The notes under the pieces: generated by a model
Databases searched by the model: none
What the model was told of the DNA's origin: nothing
The model's input: only the letters and a program-made list of their open reading frames with translations
Origin: Chloroflexota bacterium
GTDB lineage: Bacteria > Chloroflexota > UBA6077 > CF-72
Length of the DNA stretch: 64,000 nt
Direction: 5' to 3'
Assembly: GCA_019239775.1 (NCBI GenBank)
Contig: JAFAZN010000199.1
Coordinates: forward strand, 26,690 to 90,689
Made by a program: the position numbers and the translations under genes
Shown here: positions 1 through 7,646 of the stretch, in pieces
Numbering within the stretch: the stretch's first letter is position 1
Layout of the letters: every line of letters begins with the position of its first letter

Positions 1-1499
1 GAAGCGGCATCCGCATAGACCAGCCGCTCAGCGACTGTTCCAGCCAATGCCACGGTCACACGGGCTTCCAGTTGCGGGCTCGTCAGCAGCGCGCGGTCCT
101 CCGCGTCAAGGGAGTGGGTACGCAAAAGCGTAATCTTGTGAACCGGCGGATGATGCTCCAGCACGTGCATTGCCAGGGCGCGCCCCGCCTCACGATACGC
201 GCGGCGCGACTTTGCCTCCGGCGGCACGATGCGACTGCCGTACTCGATACCTGTTTGGAGGCGCTCCAGCGCCGCGTCCAACTCACCAGTACCAATGCTG
301 CACTTCCCGCGGCGAACCGCGAGAATCGCACCCTCATTCATGATTGTGGCCAGGTCCGCGCCCGAGCATCCCGTGGTCATCCCGGCGAGGGCCACCAGGT
401 CAACCGTGGGATCGAGTGGCTTGCCACGGGAGTGGACCCGCAGGATTGCTTCCCGCTGCGCGCGATTGGGCGGTGAAACCAACACTTGCCGATCGAACCG
501 ACCTGGTCGCAGCAGGGCTGGGTCGAGGATGTCCACACGATTGGTCGCGGCGATGACGACGATTTGCGAGCTGGAGTCGAATCCATCCATTTCAACGAGC
601 AGCTGATTCAAGGTCTGCTCGCACTCCGTATTGACCCCACCAATGCCTAATCCGCGCCGACGTCCAATCGCGTCGATTTCGTCGACGAATAGAATGGACG
701 GACCGATGCGACTTGCTTCGTCGAACAGATCGCGCACGCGGCTGGCGCCGACGCCTGCCACGATTTCGACGAACCCTGATCCGCAGATGTTGAAGAACGG
801 CACGCGCGCCTCGCCGGCGACGGCCCGCGCCAGCAAGGTTTTGCCTGTGCCAGGCGGACCGACCAGAAGGACGCCGCGCGGGCAGCGGGCTCCGACCTCT
901 TTGAACGCTCTCGGCGCGGAGAGAAACTGCACGATTTCCTGCAACTCCTGTTTGGCCTCGTCGGCGCCCGCGACATCCGCAAAACCAATCGATTGCGAGC
1001 TGCCAATAACACGCCTGGCGCGATGGCGCATGAGCTGGAGTACCTGGGTGTTTGGGTCTGAGCCGGTGCTCATCGCAAGCACGACCATCGTTCCCAGCAG
1101 GACCATTGGTACGAGCGGCGCGAGGACTCGGGACCATTCCGCTGCCGGCGACGGATCGCGAACCGAATAGGTGATTGTGGCGAGTTGTTCTGGGGTTACG
1201 CCGAGTGTAGAAAGAGCTTTGAGCAAGGTCGTCTTCGGCTCGAGTGTGAAGCTGTACATTGAGCCAAGCCGGTCGCGGGCGACACCGCCATGCTCGTCGA
1301 CGTCGACCGATGCAATCGCGGATTGCTGAATAGCCAGTGCGAGGTCGTTGAGTGCGATCGGGCGCGGCGGAGGGCCCTGACGGGGTGATCCCACAAGCGT
1401 CAGGACAATAAAGGGCAAGGATGCCAGTACGCCGACGACGGCTAGCCAGACGAAGTCCCAGATGTTCGGCCGCATGCCCAGGCCAGCCTGGGGCGGCAT
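1..1499 (-). CDS. FtsH-family membrane AAA+ protein; C-terminal end runs off the window; protease motif degenerate
   Basis: My translation of the minus frame from ATG 1499 (alternative ATG 1475) is open to nt 1. It shows two TM helices, Walker A GPPGTGKT, Walker [10 protein letters not shown] and [23 protein letters not shown]. Where FtsH has AYHEAGHA it reads [14 protein letters not shown]. It is absent from the ORF track because no stop lies inside the window. Confidence 0.85.
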   Translation of the reverse strand, partial: MPPQAGLGMRPNIWDFVWLAVVGVLASLPFIVLTLVGSPRQGPPPRPIALNDLALAIQQSAIASVDVDEHGGVARDRLGSMYSFTLEPKTTLLKALSTLGVTPEQLATITYSVRDPSPAAEWSRVLAPLVPMVLLGTMVVLAMSTGSDPNTQVLQLMRHRARRVIGSSQSIGFADVAGADEAKQELQEIVQFLSAPRAFKEVGARCPRGVLLVGPPGTGKTLLARAVAGEARVPFFNICGSGFVEIVAGVGASRVRDLFDEASRIGPSILFVDEIDAIGRRRGLGIGGVNTECEQTLNQLLVEMDGFDSSSQIVVIAATNRVDILDPALLRPGRFDRQVLVSPPNRAQREAILRVHSRGKPLDPTVDLVALAGMTTGCSGADLATIMNEGAILAVRRGKCSIGTGELDAALERLQTGIEYGSRIVPPEAKSRRAYREAGRALAMHVLEHHPPVHKITLLRTHSLDAEDRALLTSPQLEARVTVALAGTVAERLVYADAA

Positions 1500-1567
1500 C
1501 CCCGGCGGCAGCCTGGCCGGCGCGCGCCTGAAACTGGATTAGAACGAACTACTTTATGAGGAGGTCA

Positions 1568-1601
1568 GTCGAGATACTATTCCTGTCGAGGGACTATTCC
1601 T
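1568..1601. promoter_or_regulatory. Tandem 17-bp direct repeat (GTCGAGATACTATTCCT / GTCGAGGGACTATTCCT) in the low-GC spacer upstream of the FtsH-like gene
   Basis: Read directly: two adjacent 17-mers, 15/17 identical, lying 69-102 nt from the ATG at 1499. Direct repeats are a typical layout for response-regulator sites. There is no functional evidence. Confidence 0.35.
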
Positions 1602-1739
1602 GACTTTGTCTTCCCACTGCGTATGGCCATCGGGGCGATGCTGCCAATGGCGCACACGCAGTAAGAGATACAAGTCACCAATGAAGTGGTCTCTTGAACA
1701 AGTAAAGAAGTGAGGCCTCCTAGAAGTTCGGCCGAGTCC

Positions 1740-2393
1740 CTAGAGCCAGCCGCGGCGGGTGGCGAGAATTGCGGCGTGCACCCGGTTGCGCGCGCCGAGT
1801 TGTTTGAGCAAATCTTCGATATAACTTTTGACCGTGAGCTCGCTGAGATGGACCTGCTCGGCGATCTCGCGGTTGGAGAGCCCGTCGGCCACCAGCCGCA
1901 AGATGGTGCGCTGACGATCGCTCAAGGGCTGCTCACCGTCGCCTCGGTCCGTGCGGCGAGCAACCGCGAGCACTTGCGGCAAGACCTTACGATCGATCAC
2001 CGATTCACCCATTGCCAGCGAGCGGATGCTGGAAGCCAGGTCGAACCCGGGAATTTCCTTCAGCAAATAGCCGCGGGCTCCGGCACGCACGCACTGGCGC
2101 ACGAGCTCGTCATCGGTGAAGGTTGTCAGAATAGCGACGGCGATGTCCGGAAACGCTTCGCACAGGTCATGGCAGACATCCCAGCCGGGCATATCCGGCA
2201 GTCTGGCATCCAGAAGAACCACCTCCGGCTGCAGCCGGCGGGCTTGCGTGAGCGTTTGACTGCCCGTGCCAGCCTCGCCGACGATCTCGATATCCAGCTC
2301 CGACTCCAGCAAGCTCCGCAAGCCAGCCCGGACCATCTCGTGATCGTCCGCGATCAAGACACGAATCTTTTTCCGTATGGCAGTCTGGCTCAC
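1740..2393 (-). CDS. NarL/LuxR-family response regulator (REC + LuxR HTH)
   Basis: 217 aa. Receiver motifs VLIADDHEMVR and VVLLDARLPD. C-terminal LSDRQRTILRLVADGLSNREIAEQVHLSELTVKSYIEDLLKQLG. Overlaps the upstream kinase stop by 4 nt. Confidence 0.9.
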   Translation of the reverse strand: MSQTAIRKKIRVLIADDHEMVRAGLRSLLESELDIEIVGEAGTGSQTLTQARRLQPEVVLLDARLPDMPGWDVCHDLCEAFPDIAVAILTTFTDDELVRQCVRAGARGYLLKEIPGFDLASSIRSLAMGESVIDRKVLPQVLAVARRTDRGDGEQPLSDRQRTILRLVADGLSNREIAEQVHLSELTVKSYIEDLLKQLGARNRVHAAILATRRGWL

Positions 2394-3709
2394 CGCTTCC
2401 CCCCCTTCGCCAAGGGCACCTGCGCGCGAACCACAAACCCACCGGCGGGGCCTGGCTCCGCTTTGAAGTGACCCTTGAGCCGACGAACACGTTCGCGGAG
2501 CCCGTCGAGACCGAAATGCATGGCGCTCGAACCGCGCCGGTTCAGGATCAGGTCAGACACACCCATCCCATCGTCGTGGACGACCAGTGTCATTGACCTT
2601 GGACGCATCTGGAGTGTCATGACGACTGAGCTTGCGTGTGCGTGACGCTCCACGTTCGCCAGCGCTTCGGTAGCAACCGCGAGAAGCGCTTCGATTACTT
2701 CGGCAGATGGGTCCGACTCCGGTCCGGACAGTACGAGGTCTGTATCCACTCCGGTTCGTTCTTCGAACGAGTGGACCAGTTTGCGCAGACTCGAAATGAG
2801 GCCCACAGCTGAGGTGTCCGCGTGCTTCAGTGCGAATATCGCTCCACGTAGCTGCTCGGCGCCGCTCGTGGCTAGCTGAGCTGTCCGCCGAAGTGCGTCC
2901 GCTAGCTCCGGGACTACCAGCGCGTGGTCGCGAGCATCGAGAGCCGACTCCGCGGTCAACCCGATGGCGAAATAGATTTGCTCCACGTGGTCGTGCAGAT
3001 CACGCGCGATCCTGAGTCGTTCATCACTGCGCAGCCATTCCGTTTGTGGGGTGTCCAGCTGACCGCGCACCGCCTCCAGGTGCCCGACGAGCTCGCGCTG
3101 CTCTTGAAAGAGCCTGGCATTTTCAAGGGCGAGGCTCGCCTGGTTGGTAAAGGATTCCAGCAAGCTCAGGTCGTCGAGCCGAAAGGCGCGGCGCGGCGCA
3201 ACCGAAAGGACGCGAAGCGCACCCAGAGTCCGGCCGCGGGCGCGCATCGGTACGACGATAAAGCTGACCGCGGGTCCATCAACGGAGGGTGCTGGAGGAG
3301 CGCCAGGGGCTGCGCTCTCGCGCTGCGCCATGCCGCGCTCAGTCGCATCCGCAATAGCTGGCCGAGTCACGCGTTCAATCCACTCCCACCAAGCCAACGG
3401 GGCACCCTGGGCAGAGTCCGAAATAGCCGAGGTAACCAGCGGCGCCCGTCGGCCGGGCGTGAGAATGTGCAGCGTGGCGGCGTCAGCGAGCTCGGGTACC
3501 GCCAGGTCAAGCAGCGTCTGCAGTACCGTCGCGGGTTCCAAGCAGAGGGCAAGCCGCTGGCTCGCGTTCAACAAGAAGCTCAGTCGCACACGGGCCTCGT
3601 CGGATTCGTCGGCGCGCTCTTGCGCGCGCAAACCGGCGATGAACAGCCGCTCAGCCACCTTTAACCGTGTCGCAACTGAGTAGGTCGGGCGCTCCGTCAG
3701 CATGCTCAT
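2390..3709 (-). CDS. GAF-domain sensor histidine kinase (HisKA_3 / NarX-type core)
   Basis: H-box RIARDLHDHVEQIYFAIGL, with NVERHAHAS, DDGMGV and FGLDGLRERV ATPase motifs. The N-terminal 66 codons of the maximal ORF (to 3907) are R/P/A-rich and unprotein-like, so I prefer the start at MSMLTERP (ATG 3709 or 3703). Confidence 0.85.
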   Translation of the reverse strand: MSMLTERPTYSVATRLKVAERLFIAGLRAQERADESDEARVRLSFLLNASQRLALCLEPATVLQTLLDLAVPELADAATLHILTPGRRAPLVTSAISDSAQGAPLAWWEWIERVTRPAIADATERGMAQRESAAPGAPPAPSVDGPAVSFIVVPMRARGRTLGALRVLSVAPRRAFRLDDLSLLESFTNQASLALENARLFQEQRELVGHLEAVRGQLDTPQTEWLRSDERLRIARDLHDHVEQIYFAIGLTAESALDARDHALVVPELADALRRTAQLATSGAEQLRGAIFALKHADTSAVGLISSLRKLVHSFEERTGVDTDLVLSGPESDPSAEVIEALLAVATEALANVERHAHASSVVMTLQMRPRSMTLVVHDDGMGVSDLILNRRGSSAMHFGLDGLRERVRRLKGHFKAEPGPAGGFVVRAQVPLAKGGKR

Positions 3710-3933
3710 GCTGTGGCTCGTGCGCGCCGATGGTCTGGTGTGGCAGTCCGCCCTGACGTACGCACACCGCTGGTTAGCGTCTGCCCGGTGGGGTCGACCA
3801 CGCAAACTCTCCTTTGGTGGGCCGGTCCCGAGTGCGGGCCGCGACGCGGCGGCTTTGTTAGGTTGAACGGGGCCTGTCGCCGTGTGTGGAAAGGCCCGTA
3901 GGTCCACTCTAGGGGCGAACCGTGCACGTTGGC

Positions 3934-3977
3934 ATACGGAAAATACCGTATCTTCACGCTCACGAACTCGTTAACGA
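3934..3977. promoter_or_regulatory. Two palindromes in the divergent intergenic region: ATACGG-N6-CCGTAT (3934-3951) and TCGTTAACGA (3968-3977)
   Basis: Read directly. They lie 80-125 nt upstream of the response-regulator start at 4059. Candidate operator sites only. Confidence 0.25.
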
Positions 3978-4058
3978 CTCGTCACCTTCAGGTCGAATTC
4001 AGGGTCGCCTCTGGCCGGGCCAAGCAGGCGACAGGCCCCGCTCGATACCGTCGGCTCC

Positions 4059-4823
4059 ATGGCTCAGCAAGCGATCCTGGTGGTCGACGACGAAGCGCCC
4101 ATGCGCAAATTTGTGCTTCACAATCTCAAGGCGGGCGGCTACAACGTTCTGGCGGCGGCCGACGGATCCGAAGCTCTGAAGCTGGCATCTGAGCACCCGC
4201 TAGATCTCCTCCTGCTCGATATCGGCTTGCCCGGCCCGGACGGGCTGGCGGTCCTGCAGGCGTTGCGTCGGGATATGCAAGTACCCGTGCTCATGATCTC
4301 GGCGCGCGGGCGTGAGGCCGACCGCGTGAAGGCCCTCGATCTTGGTGCGGATGACTACCTGACCAAACCGTTTGGTGTCGCGGAACTGCTGGCGCGAGTC
4401 CGCGCGCTCCTGCGGCGGTCATCGACCGGCCCCAAGGGCCCGTTGCCGAGCTATCAGTATCAAGGATTGGAAGTAGACTTCGGCGCGCGTCGTGCGCGGT
4501 TACGCGGCGAAGCAGTGCCGTTAACGCGGCGCGAGTTTGAAGTCCTGGCGTACCTAGCCCGCAACGCTGGGAAGGTCCTACTCCATCGTCAGGTCTTGCA
4601 GGCGGTGTGGGGCAACGAATACGGCGAAGAGGCCGACTACGTGTGGACCTTTGTTCAGCGCATTCGACGAAAGATCGAACCGGACCGCCACCACCCGATC
4701 TACGTGCTTACTGAGGCCGGCGTGGGGTACTGGATGCCGCCATCGGAGGTGGATACCCCCGCGGACCCACGGTCGGGCGAAGGTCAGGCAGTGGCCCGGT
4801 CCGTTGGAGCTGAAGGAACGTAA
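4059..4823 (+). CDS. OmpR/KdpE-like response regulator (REC + winged helix)
   Basis: ILVVDDEAPMRKF, LLLLDIGLPGPDG, LGADDYLTKPF and the C-terminal wHTH LTRREFEVLAYLARNAGKVLLHRQVL. Close paralog of 14835..15527. Has a roughly 25-aa C-terminal tail. Confidence 0.9.
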   Translation: MAQQAILVVDDEAPMRKFVLHNLKAGGYNVLAAADGSEALKLASEHPLDLLLLDIGLPGPDGLAVLQALRRDMQVPVLMISARGREADRVKALDLGADDYLTKPFGVAELLARVRALLRRSSTGPKGPLPSYQYQGLEVDFGARRARLRGEAVPLTRREFEVLAYLARNAGKVLLHRQVLQAVWGNEYGEEADYVWTFVQRIRRKIEPDRHHPIYVLTEAGVGYWMPPSEVDTPADPRSGEGQAVARSVGAEGT

Positions 4824-5233
4824 TCGGTCTCGCACAGCAGCTCTTCGAGCAGCTCACCCCCAAGGAAGCGGAAGAGCAGGGTCAGCATGATGGACAGGGT
4901 GGCGTCGAGGGCGCGATGCACGTCGCCCTGTTCGGGCGGCGGTAGTCCGATCAAACGACCAGGTGGCGCGAGCGCGGGACGCACCGTCTTGAGGTCGGGA
5001 TAATCCTCAGACGCGAGGTGCAGGGCGCGTTCGAGGAGTGCCCGATAACCCTCGCGGCCGATGAGTCGGAGCAGCGGCTCGCCCATGCTGATGAAAACGG
5101 CCTCGGGCGGTGAGCTGCGCCAGCTGTTCGCGAACGCGGGTGGATTAGCCGGAACAACGCGAAGATCGCGGGGGTGAGCGTGTGCAGTCCGCGTCACGGC
5201 CGGACCGTAGGCGCCGATCGGCGGTTGCTGCAT
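4784..5233 (-). CDS. Hypothetical protein (start uncertain: ATG 5233 or ATG 5086)
   Basis: Only the 3' part of track ORF 4784..5902 has coding-like codon bias and sequence (GEPLLRLIGREGYRALLERALHLASEDYPDL...LLFRFLGGELLEELL). The upstream part is antisense to the regulator at 5325. I recognise no domain. Confidence 0.4.
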   Translation of the reverse strand: MQQPPIGAYGPAVTRTAHAHPRDLRVVPANPPAFANSWRSSPPEAVFISMGEPLLRLIGREGYRALLERALHLASEDYPDLKTVRPALAPPGRLIGLPPPEQGDVHRALDATLSIMLTLLFRFLGGELLEELLCETDYVPSAPTDRATA

Positions 5234-5324
5234 GTGCAAAGTGCGGTATCTTCGCCGGCAGCCAGCATCGGCGTCGTAACATGATTGTGACTTCGCCCGG
5301 GGAGGGGAGTCTTTTGGGACTTGT

Positions 5325-7646
5325 GTGAGCTGCACCGAATCACACATGGGGTTGCTGCCGTTCATTGGGCGTAAATCCGAACTGCACCAACTCGAAGAAC
5401 TCCGACCGCGCGCGCGTGCGTTAACACTCGTTGGCCGCGGTGGGATCGGCAAAAGCCGTGTCGCGTCCGAGCTCGCAGTAGCGACAGCCGGCGGATTCGA
5501 CGATGGCATCCGCTTCGTCGATTTCGACGGGCTCACCGCCGAGTCGGAGCTCCGCTCCGCGCTCTCCGACATGGCCGGCCGCAGCCTGCTTCTCGTCCTC
5601 GACAACTGCGATGCAAACCTCGATGGATGTGCGCGCATCGCCTCCGACCTATTGCGGCGCGAGGCAGGCGTACACATCCTGGCAACGAGTCGCGAACCGC
5701 TCCGGATCGAAGGCGAGTTCGTCTGGGTGATGCCCTCGATGCAAACTGCCGAGGCGGTCCGCCTGTTCGAGGCGAGCGCACGCCTGTTGCAGCCCGGGTT
5801 TGGAGTAGCCGGGGACGATGGTGCAGTCGTCGCGGAGGTGTGTGCCCGTATCGACAACCTGCCCGCGGCTATCCAGGGGGTAGCTGCGCAGGTACGCAAC
5901 ATGAGTGTTAACGAAATACGCGGACGGCTGGACCCCGCGTGGCTATTGGACCTCGAGGATCCTTTACAGAATGCGGCACGCCAGCGAAGTCTTCGTGCAA
6001 TGCTCGATGCAGACTATTCCAAGCTCGACGAATTCGCCCGACGCTTACTGGTGCGGCTTGCGCTCCTGCGCGGCGACTGGACACTCGATTCGATCGAAGC
6101 GGTCTGCGCGGATGAGAAATTGCCAGGCGCGCGAATCACCGGCGTGCTGCATCGACTGGCTGCCAGGTGGCTGATCCAGGTTGACCACGCGAGTCATCCA
6201 CCGCGTTACCGAATTCCGGAACTGGTTCGCGAGTACGCCCGTGGACTACCCATCGCCGCCGATGACGAGCAAACGCTTCAGCGGCGACGCGCACGTTACG
6301 TCATCAGTATTGGCAGACGTGCCGAGCCCGCGCGCATGGATCACGCTGTGGCCGCGGATCTCGACCGTGAGCACGCCAGCATGATGGAGGCAATCACATG
6401 GGCGGTGGACGCGCGTGAGCTGGATCTTGCATACGAGCTTGCCATCATCGGCTTTGGCCTGTGGTACTGTCGCGGTCCCGTTAGCGAGGGACGGCACGGA
6501 CTTGCGCGATTGCTGGTGTCGAACATGCGCGATCCAGGTCTTCGCGCGCGCGTGGCGTTCCTGGCTGGTCAGCTCGCGTTGCTCGAGGGCGACATCCACG
6601 CCGCGCGGCAATTGGCGACGCAGTCGGCACGGGCAGCGCCAAATGGATCCAAGGATGCGGTCGCAACGACACTGGCGCTTCACCTGCGCACGTTGATCGC
6701 GCACGCTAGCACTGAGACTTTCAGAGCCACTGCGCTAATGCAAGCGACCGAGGCGGCGCTCGAACGAATCGACGCCGATGATCGATTGAAGCGTGTGCTC
6801 GACCTGGCGGTGCCAATTGCGAATGCCCTGCTCGCGCTGGAGCTGAACGACCTACGGCGTGCCACCCAACTTGCGAACCGCGCCGCAAGACTTGCGCGAG
6901 CACGTGATGATACTTTCTGGCGAGCACGCGCCATGCACGCGCAGGCAATGATTGCCACCCGCGGCCGCCAGCACGCGATCGCTCGATGGTTGGTCGAACG
7001 GGCGGTGCTTGCGCAGTCGAATGACGGCGACACGCCGGGCCTCATCGAGTCGCTTTGTGCACTCGGACAAATCGAGCTGAATGCAGGTGCTGTAGGCGCA
7101 GCCCTGCCGTCATTCTCGCGGGCGTTCGATCTCTCCGAGCAGAACGGCTTCCGGTCGCGGCAGCTGGTGGCGATGGAGGGAATCGCATGTGCAACGGCGG
7201 CTTCGCAGCCGGAGTCGGCATTGCGTCTCGCGGAAGCATGTGAGTCATTGCGCCGGACTACTGGCGCGACTATGTGGCCACGACAACACCACCGACTGCT
7301 CATGTGGTTGGGGCGTGGCTTGCAGCAGCCGCCGACGGCGATCGCGCCCAGGGAGTACGGAGCGAGCCGTGGCTGGACCTGGAGCGCCGCGGCAGCGCTT
7401 GTGCACGACATCTTGAATGGCCGGACGGGCGATGCATCCGGAGGGTCAGACGTCCTCACCCCGCGCGAACGTGAAGTGGCCGGACTCCTGACACGTGGAC
7501 TGTCCAATCAACAAATCGCCAGTCGACTGGCGATCAGCGTGGGAACTGTCCGCGCGCACGTCGAACACATCCTGTTCAAATTAGGTTTGCATTCACGGGC
7601 ACAGGTCGCTCTCTGGGCATCACGAGAGCATCGCCTGCCTGTGTGA
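5325..7646 (+). CDS. STAND-type P-loop NTPase / helical-repeat / LuxR-HTH transcriptional regulator (LAL/AfsR-like)
   Basis: Walker A GRGGIGKS, Walker B LLLVLDNCD, ILATSREPL, a long Ala/Leu-rich TPR-like middle, and C-terminal LTPREREVAGLLTRGLSNQQIASRLAISVGTVRAHVEHILFKLG. The start could instead be ATG 5346 (MGLLPFIGRKSEL). Confidence 0.85.
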   Translation: MSCTESHMGLLPFIGRKSELHQLEELRPRARALTLVGRGGIGKSRVASELAVATAGGFDDGIRFVDFDGLTAESELRSALSDMAGRSLLLVLDNCDANLDGCARIASDLLRREAGVHILATSREPLRIEGEFVWVMPSMQTAEAVRLFEASARLLQPGFGVAGDDGAVVAEVCARIDNLPAAIQGVAAQVRNMSVNEIRGRLDPAWLLDLEDPLQNAARQRSLRAMLDADYSKLDEFARRLLVRLALLRGDWTLDSIEAVCADEKLPGARITGVLHRLAARWLIQVDHASHPPRYRIPELVREYARGLPIAADDEQTLQRRRARYVISIGRRAEPARMDHAVAADLDREHASMMEAITWAVDARELDLAYELAIIGFGLWYCRGPVSEGRHGLARLLVSNMRDPGLRARVAFLAGQLALLEGDIHAARQLATQSARAAPNGSKDAVATTLALHLRTLIAHASTETFRATALMQATEAALERIDADDRLKRVLDLAVPIANALLALELNDLRRATQLANRAARLARARDDTFWRARAMHAQAMIATRGRQHAIARWLVERAVLAQSNDGDTPGLIESLCALGQIELNAGAVGAALPSFSRAFDLSEQNGFRSRQLVAMEGIACATAASQPESALRLAEACESLRRTTGATMWPRQHHRLLMWLGRGLQQPPTAIAPREYGASRGWTWSAAAALVHDILNGRTGDASGGSDVLTPREREVAGLLTRGLSNQQIASRLAISVGTVRAHVEHILFKLGLHSRAQVALWASREHRLPV

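Noticed and set aside
72-1170. Several plus- and minus-strand ORFs (72..476, 229..606, 631..1170, 592..1137, 647..1012)
   Set aside because: All lie in alternative frames of the FtsH-like gene, whose AAA+ motifs identify the true frame (minus, open from 1499 to nt 1).
1710-2471. 253-aa plus-strand ORF
   Set aside because: Antisense to the NarL-type response regulator, which has unambiguous REC and LuxR-HTH motifs.
3710-3907. N-terminal extension of the HisKA_3 kinase ORF to 3907, and a possible structured RNA in the 349-nt spacer
   Set aside because: The extension translates to an R/P/A-rich, unprotein-like peptide. I saw only short GC stems and nothing resembling a known riboswitch or sRNA, so it is treated as intergenic.
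5234-5902. N-terminal 223 codons of track ORF 4784..5902 (minus)
   Set aside because: This part is antisense to the STAND-LuxR gene starting at 5325 and is R/S/A-rich. Only the 3' portion (4784..5233) looks coding.
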